This document shows positions 25,000-37,864 of a stretch of 64,000 nucleotides of DNA, piece by piece. Every line of letters begins with the position of its first letter. Within the stretch, counting starts at the first letter, position 1. The stretch lies in NCBI GenBank assembly GCA_052327205.1, contig CM126218.1:58962001-59026000 (forward strand), in the 5' to 3' direction. A program made the position numbers and the translations under genes. The notes under the pieces are model-generated. The model ran no database searches. It was not told where the DNA came from and saw only the letters and a list, made by a program, of their open reading frames with translations. This stretch comes from Somniosus microcephalus (lineage: Eukaryota).

Positions 25000-25760
25000 A
25001 TTGTGTTGAGTTTGTTCACCAAGGAACAAGAGAAACATCCAAGCTCTAGATGTGGTGCATTAAAGGACTACAGGAAACTTTGGTTTATCCGGAGGTTAAC
25101 TGTCCGGAATGCTCGAGCCACCAGCAAAAATCAGGAGCCGTTTCGTTAGGTTTTTTTTCTTTTCGTTGCTTTTTTTCCACCAGTCAGGCTCTGCAAGGTC
25201 TCGCTGAAGCTGTTGCTAAGCTAGAGACGCTTGGCCGACTGTTTAGAAGCTGTTAGGGTTTGTTGCCAGATACGGAGCTCAAAATCTCTATGTTTCAACA
25301 TTAGCACTGGTTTGTCCGGCAGTTTTGATGGGACGGCAACAGCTCGGTCCCGTCGGTGCCGGATAGCACAAAGTTTCCTGTACTAGTTTACCATTATGTT
25401 AGAGGACTGAGTTAAAAGGATAGACTAAAGAAAAATAAGACTACAGCCCTTAAAGGAGGTGGATGAGAGGGGACATTATAGAGGTATACCAAGCAGAATA
25501 GGAAAGATAGATTGAGAGCATTATTTTAAATTAGATCCGGCCAACAGGACATGATAAAAGCAAGTGCATGACTGATGTCAGGAAGCACATGTCCACATTG
25601 AATGATCAATACCTGGAACGGTCTTGAGTCAGGTAATAGTAGCAAAAACTATGGAAACATTCAAGGGACAATTAGATACTGTGATGGGGAGACCATAAAT
25701 TTCTAGGAAAGATAAGTTGGATGGATTAAACTGCCTACCTCATCTGCATTATCTTTGTAA
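25000..25760 (+). mobile_element. Highly degenerate CR1 3' fragment interrupted by a MITE
   Basis: Remnants of the RR.RGD.IEVY motif and the CR1 3'UTR. Confidence 0.55.
25071..25380. mobile_element. pogo/Tigger-like MITE, 310 bp, related to 8905-9444
   Basis: TA TSD; TIR CAGGAAACTTTG.../...CAAAGTTTCCTG; shared subterminal ggtcccgtc(g/t)gtgccggata. Confidence 0.85.
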
Positions 25761-26461
25761 TAGTGACAAAGTTTAAAAAGTAAAATGGTATTCTGTTGGC
25801 AAACAGGTAGTTGCAAAGACAGACCGACACTCAAGCCATCCATTAGTTTTTATCTCCTTCCATTCTGATCTGCCAAAGTTACCAGAGGAATAAATTAAAT
25901 AAATTAAATGTAAAGAGATACATGTACTCTGTGCTTTTCATAAAGGAGGACAATCATTACTGTTGTGAAAGTACTTTCCCCATGTAAAGCATTAAACCAT
26001 TGAATGGCCTAAATTCATCAATATACAGTTTTCTTCTTGTGAATGGTTCCTCACAGCTGCTTGGGATGAGGCATTTTATCAAAGAGAATGAAGTAGATTT
26101 CCATTACGGGGAGCATCACAGTGTCTGTCAGCAAACAGTGCATTTAAATTCCTTCATGCTGATAGGAGCTTGCCTGTTGCATTTGAAATCAATATGGCAC
26201 AAGTTGTGCTGCTGGTAGCCAAGAACACAGGAAAAACCTTGGCCAACAGTGAACTGAAATACCAGTGTTGTGATCAGTATGGTGAAATTGAACCACAGTG
26301 CCTCCTGATGGATGTTCTCCATGATAATTCCTGTTAACAAACATCAAGTTTCAAATTCCTCCTTGGTAAAATGTTGTAGCACCAGCAGCACAGGTACTAC
26401 AATATGGATTGGTAAAAAATACACAATACCTGATTGCAGGCCACACAGGTTTTGCTTACAT

Positions 26462-26790
26462 CACAACAACTTGCATTTATATAGCACCTTTAACGTAGTT
26501 AAAAACATCCCAAGACACTTCACAGGAGCGTTATACAACAAGTAATAGTAATGCTTGCATTTATATATGAATTATGACATTTAAAAAAATCAACCGTCTT
26601 CATAAAATGAATTACTTTTCTTATTTTATATAGAGTGCAGTATGATGTCCCACTGAAATCCCACAAACAGCAATGAGATGAATGGTAGTTAATCTGTGTT
26701 TTTTGATGGTATCGGTTGAAGGATGAATATTGGCCTGGACAATGGGAGAACTCACCGCTCTGCTTCAAATACTGCACTGAGGATATTCAG
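26462..26790 (-). mobile_element. Deu-domain SINE fragments
   Basis: aacttgcatttatatagcacc tail and cccacaaacagcaatgag body match the copy at 14945. Confidence 0.65.
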
Positions 26791-26931
26791 CATGTATTTG
26801 ATTTACTGAAACACAGACAGGAATTGGCTTTACCGTCTCCAAAAGGTGGAAAAAACATGTTCCTATACGGACATTTCTCTTCAAAAGCTTAACAAAATGA
26901 CTATCAGTAGGACACAATTATTGTACTCATA

Positions 26932-26941
26932 TTTATTTATT
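26932..26941 (-). terminator. Candidate ORC5 polyadenylation signal (overlapping AATAAA)
   Basis: tttatttatt on the plus strand, about 510 nt past the ORC5 stop. Confidence 0.5.
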
Positions 26942-27446
26942 TCTGTAGTTTAAAAATAGAAGGAAATTGCTTTCAGAATGAATAATGAACACAAAATCTC
27001 TCGGGGGGGGGGGGGGGGGGGGGTTTATATTACAACAGACAACTCAACAAAATGAAGACTGGTCACACACAAATGGGTGCCACACCATATTCTGAGGAAA
27101 GGACGCTTCACAAAGGAAAATAATTGCAAGTAAATACATTTCAGACAGCTTTTGTGCCAATATAATGTTATTATGTTGGAACAGATTGTGCTGAACTCCT
27201 GCTGTTAATAATTAACACATAGCTCCAAAATACTGAAGAGTCCCTGGTAAATAGTTCAATCTAAAGATCCATTCTGACCAATCAAGATATTTTCATCAGA
27301 TCCCATACTGTGGCAACACCTGCTTGGACAAATCCAATGAAGCCAAAATGCCTCTGCCACTTATCAGCGGAGTAGATGGATCAGTATGAATTGGTGCAAA
27401 AGCATTGATCATTGCCTGCAGTATCCATATGGTTGTGCATCTGGTC

Positions 27447-27492
27447 TCACAAGAAATCATACAAGTACCTCACTATGTCAAAATTCACAGTC
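27447..27492 (-). CDS. ORC5: ORC5 last coding exon
   Basis: ttcttctag|G ACT GTG AAT TTT GAC ATA GTG AGG TAC TTG TAT GAT TTC TTG TGA = (R)TVNFDIVRYLYDFL*, the ORC5 C-terminus; phase matches the upstream exon. Confidence 0.95.
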
Positions 27493-28659
27493 CTAGAAGA
27501 AAAAAATGAAATAGGTTATTAAATACATCACCTCACTGGATTTGAGCAGTTAATTCTGCATTGGTTACAATATTTAGATCTTACCCACATTAGAAACTCA
27601 TTTTGCGCATGGTTATAACCTACCTGTTGTTACTTGTTCCAGTTACAATGCACCTTCTTCTGTAGTCTCAACACTGGATGCACATTATTTGCTTATATGG
27701 TCAAACAGAACAAAATATTTAGATTTTAAAAAGATTTTAAACACTGAGCCTTATTCGCATGCTGCTGGTCAACGTCCTTGCACAGAATGGGCTGTGGAAA
27801 TTGGCCACCCGCTGACATTCAGGTTAAGTGTAGGGCTGATGTTCTGAGGGGGAGGGGTCTTGCAATAGAGAATCGGAGGGGGGTGGGGAGGGGGTTGAGT
27901 CCGGGGCAGAAGAGGTCTAAACTTTCCTTGTGGGGCCCGGAGGAGCACTTAGTTTGCACAAAGAATAAGCTGCCCTGGTCCATATTCCTTCAGAGCTTCA
28001 ACATTTAGATAAACTGTGTGGTCTATCAACACAACTCACTCTGATGTTTCTGCCGTTTATGTCTGTCTCTATGTGACCACAGGATGTGAAAAAGTGGCAA
28101 GAAGGATGTCTGTTAAAAATACTTCATAGTTCAGCAAAGGCTGCCACTTGAATCTGCCTCTAGTTGTCCAAATTCACAACCTTCACCATTAAATCTGCAA
28201 GATTTGAAACACTTTGTCATAGGTTATCCAGTTTGCTGCATTCAGAACCACTATCTTGCTAGTCAGTTGCAAGGCATTTTCATCTTTGTCCATCTTAGGA
28301 AAATACTCAAGTTACTGAGAGCAGTGTTGTGCGCTCTGAACATCTTGTATAAAGTGGTTGATGTCGTCTGTGTTCATTAGAAGTCATTTCACAGTGAAAC
28401 ATTTCAATGGCTACAGTTCTATCCCAGAATAGATTTTTTTTTTTTTTTTTTTTTTAAATTGCTGCCCCCCATCCTCTCCATATGGGGGCGTGCCCAGCCA
28501 CTTTCTGCCAGTGAACCAAAGCAAAGGACTGAAACAGTAATTGTAAACTTCTTCTGGTGTGAGATAAGAGAGATATACTTTGGATAATGGCAGAAGTGCA
28601 AAAAGTATGACCCAAATACTGTATTTCTTAGAGACCATGTCCTAAAGTATTTCCTCTCA

Positions 28660-28942
28660 TGGGGTGATGGTAATGGACCATCAGGGAAGGCCAGGTGCAG
28701 AAGGTCACGGAAGGAGCCCCGAGGAGGGGCGGTTGGTGAGAAGGTCACGGAAGGAGGAGCGGCTGGTGAGCAGGCCCGGGCGTTGGGCTGAAGATTGTCG
28801 GACAGGAGGAATGGCGGAAATGGAATGGCGGCGCGCACCGACGCAGCGGCTTTGCTTCTCCCAGTCATGGGAGCTTGCAAGATCACATCTCGTTGTTCAT
28901 GTACTTGTGCAATAGCAATAAAGTTGAATTATTATTATTATT
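28660..28942 (+). mobile_element. GC-rich retroposed insert with AATAAA and (TAT)n tail
   Basis: Ends tgtacttgtgcaatagcaataaagttgaat(tat)n; internal 18-bp direct repeat; 5' boundary unclear. Confidence 0.5.
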
Positions 28943-29408
28943 AGAATGCGGAGACTAAATGAATGAGGAAAAATGAAGTTACTTTAAAAAAACTGTTCGA
29001 ATGGAAGTTGCTGCTTAGTATCAAGGGAAAGAGTTAATATCTAAATGTTCAAAATTCTTCTAAGTTTCTCAACCAAAGCAGTTAAATTTGAAATTCTATT
29101 ACAAGGGTAAACAGAACCACATTCATCTTTTTTAATGTGATAGAACAAGAAATTTAGCATATCTCTTCATGCCATGACCACCTAATGAGACTTAGCAGTA
29201 ATATCATTACAGAAAATTTGAACTAAGCTCATAATTGGGTATTATGTAAATGCAATTTGCATTCCATCTGTTTGCAAGACAAGTCCAAGCAAATATTTAG
29301 AAGTTCTCTTGAGGCATGGTCTGTACCTGGCATCAGCCAACCAGCTTCCTACTTAGCACGTGAAATCTTTCACAGGTTTGGAAGCATTATGTATGCCAAC
29401 ATCACTTG

Positions 29409-30141
29409 ACCAGATTTAGCGGTCAGTGATGAACGAACGGCGCTAGCACAGACTTTCTATTGGATTTTGCACTGGAACTTGCTGTGGTTAGAGAGCCATT
29501 TCGGTGCAGCGCTTTCTACAGGGGATCTGGGACCTGTGAGATAAGGGCAAGCAACCATGTATCTCCTTAACCAATCAGATTGAAGAATTGTTGCTGAGCA
29601 GCGCAGAGTCTGAACCTGGAAGTGTAAGTTAGAATATTTAACTCAATGTCAAATCATGTACAGAAAGCAAAATAAAGAGGGAAAAAAAGATGGGATTAAG
29701 AAAGACATGAGAGACAAAGAAAAAGTTTTACAAATGTTTTACTTTTTAAAATCTCCAACAATAATTAATATCTGAATTAATGAGACTCCCCACTTATAAA
29801 AATTAATTTTCAGTGCCAGAGAGGTTGTTTGGCAGTAACTAAGCCTTAACACGTCATAAAAAATGTACTTGCACTGGAATGGACAAACCCTAACTTTTTC
29901 TGGCAAGTTTAATGTGGATCTATCACGCAAGTACAGCAACTTTACACCGTTCCATGTGTTTCAATGCAGTCTCTCGGCATGATACTGTTATAATGCAGCT
30001 TCTGGAGGAGCAGGACAACAACTTCCTGATTCCCACGTTTAACTGCGCAAGTGTAGTCACCGGACTTTGCTATCCGATTTACACTTGAATAAAAGTGAGC
30101 ATCGATAATCTCACCAGTATGTTTAGCGCAAAATCCAGGCC
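29409..30141. mobile_element. Non-autonomous DNA element, probably Harbinger-type
   Basis: Imperfect termini gaccagatttagcg / cgcaaaatccaggcc; internal similarity to the 574-634 motif. Confidence 0.45.
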
Positions 30142-30832
30142 ATAGTTTCTGTTCATACACTGAGCCCTGGGTCGTCCAACACTAGGCCTGAAATCTCAAA
30201 ATCCTGCTCCTGGTCTCAGTGTTATGCCAAAAAATGAGTTTTCACAAAAATATTATTTAATTTCAGCCCCAACAATGTTAATTTTCCAAATCCATCAGAT
30301 ATTTTTATGCTGCAGAATTAAATGGCAAACAAATTACAGTGACACCCAAAATTGCAGCAACAGCCTTCCTGTTTTAACCCAGCGTACTAAACTTCTGAAC
30401 CTTTCAAACTATATACACACACTTTATACTTATTACATAACACTGACAGAATGGATATTCTGTAAATTTTCATTGTGAATAACTGAATACAAAAATTAGA
30501 CGGATGTATGGCAACACAGTGCATTGCCCCCCTCCCTCACTTACAATGTGCTCTGCATAAACTGAAATCTTACCTGAAGCATCTAATATACAATCTTTTT
30601 TGGTATTGCATCAAAACATAGCCAGCAGCTTGAAGTTTGTGTATTATTTTTAAACCATTCATTATTTGAAGTAAAATCAAATATCTATTTGCATATAATC
30701 ATTAAAGCTAGTATATATAATATAATCATTATACCGAGTGTCCACACAGTCAAAAAGGATAACTTTATAATCTCACTCAAGTACCCCCTTTTAAATGTTT
30801 ACGATTCAGCAGCAGAAGACATGGTTGTATAC

Positions 30833-30945
30833 CTGGCAATTGCTCTGATGAATTCCAGACTTGCTGTGCATTTATACTTTGGTCCATCCAGCTGATCATC
30901 GTGGCCAACAAGGGTTAATAGTTGAAGTGCCACCAGGGAAGTGAT
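30833..30945 (-). CDS. ORC5: ORC5 penultimate coding exon (113 bp)
   Basis: ctccag|[37 protein letters not shown](R)|gtatac. Confidence 0.96.
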
Positions 30946-31479
30946 CTGGAGATACAAATAAAATTAAGGATAGTATCATAATTACATTCTACATTATTCC
31001 ATAACTGCAAAGTAGGCTAATAAACAAAAAGAAACACAAATGCTTGGACTGCACAATTAAAATATTTAGTAATAATTCAGAACTATTATTACAACAATTA
31101 TCCAAACTCTGATTGTCAATGAGCTGAGCAAGTCAGAACATGTCAAGTGAATTAATACCAATGATGGAGTCAGTCTGGAAAATTCCACTTGCCAACTAGT
31201 CAGAAGTGAATTACATTCTACCTGTTATGAACTGAAAAACAGCACTTTCCCAGGTTGCAAGTTACTGCACTGCATTTATCCCTCCATTGTTAGTCTTCTG
31301 TTTCTGTGGTCTGTTGCAACTCTTCACTATTGGATTGATCAGCTTCTCACTTAAACCAAATTTTTAAAAATTCCTTTTTATAATTAATTTTCTCTAGTAA
31401 GAATTCAAGTAAAAGGTTTTGCTCAATTCAGAATTAAGGGGGGAAAAAGAAGCTACCATTTTCCAAGAAAAGAAAGACA

Positions 31480-31874
31480 CTTTTCACCACTTTAGAATGT
31501 ACCAAATGAATGTAGTGGCGCTTTGCTGCCAATTAGAGTGCAGTCACTGTTGTAATGTAGAGGAAACGCCACAGTCAATTTGCACACAGCAAGGTGCTAC
31601 AAACAACAATGTGATACTGACCAGATCATCTGTTTTAGTGATGTTGGTTGAGGGATAGATATTGGCCAGGACACCGGGGAGAACTCCCCTGCTCTTCTTC
31701 AAAATAGTGACATCGGATCTTTTACGTCCAACTGAGGGGGTAGACGGGGCCTCGGCTTAACGTCTCATCTGAAAGATGGCTCCTCCGATAGTGCAGCACG
31801 CCCTCAATCCCTCAATACTGTGAAGTGTCAGTCTAGGTTATGTACTCGAGGCTCTAAAGCGGAACTTGAACCAT

Positions 31875-31917
<43 letters not shown>

Positions 31918-31930
31918 GGCCGACACCCAA
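31480..31930 (-). mobile_element. Deu-domain SINE with tRNA-derived head
   Basis: A box gtggctcagtgggtagcac and B box ggttcaagttcc on the minus strand, followed by the Deu core. Confidence 0.82.
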
Positions 31931-32905
31931 GTGGTGAGTATGTTTTAAAAACATTCCTCCAGCACCGTCTATTGCCAACTTTGTTTTTCTACAATTATAA
32001 ATAAAGGAAACATATCCATACACAGACAGTTTACTACATCAGGATAAATTCATGTTCACTTGCAAGTATCTTGGAAACAGGCAGCTGCTCTTACACCAGA
32101 ATGTTACGGTTTTCAGGCTCTATTACTCAACAAAAAGCTTATTCCATAATAGGTCTATCAGCTTGACTTTGTTTTACTCAGTTCCATTAAGTATCTGGCC
32201 ATCACAAGCACATGTACAGCAGAAACTTGGGAAGGGAGGGGGAAATAATTTGTGGTTATGGCTATCTGATTGTAAATGTGTACCAAACCAAGCATGTCTT
32301 CAATTAATTTGACTAGTACAGTGCGAGATGCATCATCTGCTAGGCAGAGAAAACCATGGCGATGATCAAAATATTAATATATAGATACTGCTACAAAATT
32401 CCTGTTCTAGATAGAACTACATTTCTTTCTGGTAATCAAAAAAGAGTAGCTACATAGTTTTATTTAAAATCTCATTTGAACCCCTTCAAAGGCCACATTC
32501 TGTAGCATTTTATATTTATAAAAGTATTGCATCTTACTAAATTTAAAGAATGATACAACAGTAGTAGGATTTGATAGATTTATACTGCACTGTTCGGCCC
32601 ATCAGACAATTTAATGGCCATACTGTCCTTCCGTGGGAAAGCTAGAAGGCGACAACTTGAATTCGAACAGCTATTGGCACACCATTCGCAAACTAGAGAA
32701 TTACATGCTACAGAACAAATATTCCATTAACAACCCCACTTTCTACATTTTTGGGTTCATTTGTTTGATAACATTATCTTAGTAAGGACACTTTATTTAA
32801 AAAAAAAAAATTGAAAATATTTTATATTTGCATCTTTGGCATAAACAGAAATTGCGGCAGGTTATTGTTGGATGCTGTGTCATTCTTATTTTATTTAGTC
32901 AGGTC

Positions 32906-33046
32906 CAATGTTCCATCTAATTTTTTTGTGTGTGCACGGTCCCTTTAAATTTGCTGCTGCGCAGTATCTTCCAGCAGCGGCAGCGTGAGTGGCCTGCGCG
33001 GAACCTCCCGATTGATGCGCAGCCGTGCGCCTTAGGGGGAACATTG
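32906..33046. mobile_element. hAT MITE, 141 bp
   Basis: Perfect 8-bp TSD GTCAGGTC (32898-32905, 33047-33054); 15-bp TIR CAATGTTCCATCTAA / TTAGGGGGAACATTG. Confidence 0.9.
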
Positions 33047-33189
33047 GTCAGGTCCTCTCGTTGGTTAACCGTCATCACCAATAAGCATCTGTTATGTATT
33101 TTCATTTAATTCTGCTGCATTTTATATTCACTAAATTTTTATTTCAGAAAATAAAATAAAATGTACAGCTCTCTACTGGTCTCCGTCTT

Positions 33190-33650
33190 GAATATGTTAC
33201 ATAACCCAGCATCCACAGCCTTTTGGGGGAGCGAGCTTCAAATTTCCATTACCCTTTCTGTGAAAAAGTGCTTCCTGATTTCATTCCTAAATGACCTAAT
33301 TATGCCTCCCTGTTCTGGATTCTCCTACTAGAGGAAATAGTTTCTCTGTATCTACCCTATTGAATCCCTTTATTATTTTAAACATCTCAATTAGATCACC
33401 CCTCAATCTAAATTTTAAAACTGCAAAAAAAAAGTTGTAGAAATCTGGAACTTTCTCCCCCAAATGGCTGTGGATGGTGGATCAATTGAAATTTTCAAGG
33501 CTGAGAGCGATACATTTTTCAGAGGTAAGGGTATCAAGGAATATGGATCAAAGGCAGGTAAATGGAGTTGAGCTACAGATCAGCCACAATCTGACTGATT
33601 AGCAGACAGGCTCGAGGGGCTGAATGGCCGACTCTTGTTCCTACAGATTT
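33190..33650. mobile_element. Two oppositely oriented CR1 3' fragments (minus about 33190-33410, plus about 33430-33650)
   Basis: Similarity to the CR1 ORF2 end and 3'UTR in both orientations. Confidence 0.7.
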
Positions 33651-34229
33651 GGAAAACAAAGGTTCTTTCAATACTGAAATAGTTCAAGTTAGATTTTTAA
33701 ATTATTGGTGGCTATTTCAACAAAAATATTTCAAAGGAAACTTTCAAGTAACATAATTAAACTGAGCATTATGCAGCAACAGAATGCTGAGGGAACAGTA
33801 GACAAGTGAAGCCAGTTCAAGGTTTTCTTCTGAAAATCACTGCCACAGAATATTGGAAGAAAGTAAATCTAGAAAACTTTGATTGGTAGCACCTCCCCTT
33901 TGAAGTGTTCCAAGTGGTTATTTTTAATTACTAACCGCCCTAAGAAATTGATAGCAAAGTCTAAAAGGGGCCACCATCGAGCATTCCACTAGCGATACAG
34001 ATGAGTGTAGGTTGACTGCTTCTGTCACTGCCAATTAGTCCGCAAATAGACCCTAAATCCCTCACCTCAGTGTTGCGTACATAGCGATCTCTTCTTTACT
34101 GAAATTACCACTGTGCATTCACTTGAAATCCTCATCAATGCTTTTCACTGCTGATTACTCAAGAAATACAAATATTTAATAACCACCATCCAGATGTGAA
34201 AGCTTTGCACTGAAAATCTTTACTTGTAG

Positions 34230-34670
34230 TGCGAGGAGCTCATGGACTTTTTTGTCACAAAGATGGAGACCATCCGTTCAGCTGTTTCAGACGTATCCCT
34301 CCCTTCCCCTAGCCCACCAGGCCAAACTTCCCCTAATGTTCCCCGCTGCCCTAACCTTGAAGTCCCATCTTTCTCTAGATTCTATCCCATCTCCCATCGT
34401 GCCCTCTCTGAGCTCATCGTGCCCATGACCACCTGCTCCCTCAACCCTATTCCCCCCAAACTGTTGACCACCCAACTTCCATTCATGGCCCCTGTTATCT
34501 GACATTATTAATAGTTCCCTCCCCTTCAAATCTACCGTCATCACCCCCTCCTCAAAAAACCCACCCATGACCCCATGTCCTTGTAAACTACCGTCCCATC
34601 TCCAACCACCTTTTCTTCTCCAAAGTCCTTTAACATGTTGTTGCCCGTCAAATCCGTGCCCATGTTTCCT
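34230..34670 (+). mobile_element. L2 LINE ORF2 internal fragment
   Basis: FFVTKMETIR, TTCSLNPIP, ITPLLKKP and NYRPISN motifs. Confidence 0.8.
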
Positions 34671-35690
34671 GAGGAGAGCAGTGGCGAACAGTTGTTTTTA
34701 AGACTGGAGGGAAGTATACAGCAGTGATCTCCAGGGGTCGGTATTAGGACCACCGCTCTTTTTGATATATATTAATGACCTGGACTTGGGTATACAGGGC
34801 ATAATTTCAATGCTAGCAGATGACACAAAACTCGAAAATGTAGTAAACAATGAGAAGGATAGTGACATAGTAACAGACTTCAGCAGGATGTAGACAGACT
34901 GGTGAAATGGGCAGACACATGGCAAATGAAATTGAATGCAGAGAAGTATAAAGTGACACATTTTGGTGAGAAGAATGAGGAGAAGAAATATAAACTAAAC
35001 AATATTAATGTGGGTGCAGGAACAGAGAGACCCAGGGGTGTACGTACACAAACCTTTGAAGGTGGCAGGACAAGTTGAGAAGGCTGTTAAAAAAGCATAT
35101 GGGATCCTTGGCTTTATTAACAGAGGCATAGAGTACAAAGGCAAGGAAGTTGTGCTAAACCTTTATAAAACACTGGTTAGGCCTCAGCTGGAGTATTGTG
35201 TTCAATTCTGGCCACCAGACTTTAGGAAGGATGTCAAGGCCTTGGAGAGGGTGCAGAAGAGATTTACTAGAATGGTACCAGGGATGAGGGACTTCAGTTA
35301 TGTGGAGAGACTGGAGAAGCTAGGGTTGTCCTCCTTAGAGCAAAGAAGGTTAAGAGGATATTCAATAGAGGTGATCAAAATCATAAAGGGTTTTGATAGA
35401 GTAAATAAGGAGAAACTGTTTCCAGTGGCAGAAGGGTCAGTAACCAGAAGACACAGATTTAAAGGGATTGGCAAAAGATTCAGAGGCGACATGCGGAAAC
35501 ATTTGTTTACACAGTGAGTTATTGTGATCTGGAATGCACTGTGTGAACTGAATAAATACTCGAAGGGAAAACATTTGCAGGACAATGGGGAAAGAGCAGA
35601 GGAGTGGGACTAGTTGGATAGCACTACCAGAGTCAGTACAGGCCCGATGGGCTGAATGGTCTCCTTTTATGCTGCATCATTCTATGAACC
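34670..35690 (+). mobile_element. CR1 LINE 3' fragment
   Basis: QGSVLGP, ADDTK and VRPQLEYCVQFW motifs; 3'UTR. Confidence 0.9.
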
Positions 35691-36325
35691 AAACGATGAG
35701 ACAAAAAATCTTAAATATAAAAGACTTCTGTTTACTAGTTTTGAGAACATAAGAGTATTGTACCATTTAAAAATCTTCCTCAATTTATCCTTTGCTTTCT
35801 CCCATTAATTCTTTAGTGAAGTGCATTCGTCAGGTTAACTGATCACATTTTCCAGATGGTCTCTATTTGCAGAACATTGCTTTCAATCTCATTAATACTA
35901 CAGTTTGAAAACATTTTAAAATGTTTCAGCAAAGACATTTCATCACAACTACCCTCAATGGAAGGCAGAGAACTTTCTTTACAATGTTTGGAGCAACAGC
36001 ATAAAGCATCAAGCACTACAAACATCACATTCTCCTAACTATTTGAAATGCCACCAATCGAACAGCAAGAGACAAAACTCTGACAATAATCAGCAAACCC
36101 CAAAGTGCACAGCATTCTTTCAAGCTTACATTCCAACATGCTTCCACAATATCAAATTTGAAAAACTAAACATTTCTTTAAAAAAGGAACAAGTCAGTGC
36201 TGTGATGCATTACCCCGGTTCACCAATTCACTAAATGACAAGATACAAGGCTGTGATAATAAAAGAACTAACTGCAATGTTGGAAGTATGAAATTAAAGC
36301 AGAAAATATAGGGAACAAAAGAAAT

Positions 36326-36545
36326 AACTTGCATTTATATAGCACCTTTCATGACCTCAGGACATCCCAAAGCACGTTACAGCCAATTAAGCACTTCTGA
36401 AGTGCAGTCACTGTTCTAATGTAGGGAAACATGGCAGCTAACTTGCACCCACCAAGATCCCACAAACAGCAATGAGATAATGATCAGATAATCTGTTTTT
36501 GGTGCAGTGATGTTGATTGAGGCATAAATATTAGGCAGAAATATT
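36326..36545 (-). mobile_element. Deu-domain SINE 3' half
   Basis: Matches 14945-15150. Confidence 0.78.
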
Positions 36546-37034
36546 CACCATTCCCTTTAGTACATGAAAAAAGATAGGTTAACATTTCAGGTAGACACAC
36601 CGTGGCAGATCTTTGACTTTCCTTCCTCGCTAAGGTAACACCAAGCCTTGCCATGGGGTGAACTTGCCCCGGGGTGGGGGAGGTATGTGAAATGGGGACA
36701 TGCAAATGACCTTGCCTATCAAATTCAGGCAGATTGAGGCCAGGACAGGTGCCATGCAGTACGCCTCGCCCAGTACCTAGTCAAAGGGGGCACATGAAAA
36801 TTGGCTCCTCCATTTCAGATTTATGCCAGCCACCAACTCTATTGTCAATTGGCAATGGAAAGTCAATTGACTAGTAGCAATATTACCAATCATGATGGTC
36901 ACATTTGATCAACAACATTTGTTGCATAAATTGTTGTGAACATAATGCAATTGGTGCCTTTTTTCTTCCTCTCTGGCTTTGTTGGTCATAGTTGAAGGTC
37001 TATGTCACGTAGTTAAGGCTGGACAGTGGCATAT

Positions 37035-37864
37035 GGGGGGGAATTTTCCCAGCCCTGGGGAGGCAGGTAAGGAGGCGGGACTGTTGGGAAAATGGCAGAA
37101 ACTGGGAGCGGGTACCAACCCCGCTCCCAACCTGCCTCCTTGCCAACTTCCCGGGAGGTGGGTCCCCGAGTCGCGCAGGGATCCATCTCCGAGGCGGGAA
37201 GGGGATGAGAGTCAATTAACTGCCTGCTAACAGGCAGATGTGAGGCTTATCCCCATTTTCCGCCTGCAATTGCGGGCTTCCCGACGGCTGCGAACCTCGC
37301 CAGGGTCAGCGAGGCGAGCAGTGGATCTGCGGGGGTGAGGGGTTGAAATGTCAGCTGTAGAGGTGAATGATGGGTGCAAGTGTGGACAGGTAAGTACGAG
37401 AGGCGAGTGTAACGTGTTGGAAAAAGTTTCCTTACCTTTGCTTCTTTCTGCAGGCGTCAACCTTCGAGGATCCGGAGGTGCCTCATCTCAACGGCAGAGA
37501 TGACAGAATGGCTGCTGCATTCTCAGATGCAGCAGCCATCTGCTTTTTGCTGAGGAGAGATGTCTTGGTGAGCCTTCTGTGCAAGAGCTCACCTGGGAAC
37601 AGAGATTGTCAGTGTTTGACAGCTTCTCAAAGCTCTCAAACGCTGACAATTCATCTGTCAAAAAATTTGACAGATGAAGCGTCATAAGCTGACGTCATCT
37701 GTCACCGACTTTCCCTTAATTGGCCGGTAAGTCCGTAGGGCGGGATTAACAAGGCCAATCAAGGGAAAATAGCCTGGGTTGGTCAGACGTCGCTGGGGGC
37801 GGGTCTGAAACCCGAAAACCAGCAGTCCTGCCCTCAACGCACCTCCATTGAGAAAATCCAGCCC
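37035..37864. mobile_element. GC-rich MITE-like element, probably Harbinger-type, with internal hairpins
   Basis: Imperfect TIR GGGGGGAATTTTCCC / GAGAAAATCCAGCCC; 13-bp perfect inverted repeats at 37508-37539 and 37650-37678. Confidence 0.6.

Noticed and set aside
28434-28455. Long T run as a processed-pseudogene tail
   Set aside because: No recognisable retrocopy body or TSD.
30825-30832. GTATAC donor as a U12-type intron
   Set aside because: Lacks the GTATCCTT consensus; treated as a weak U2 donor.
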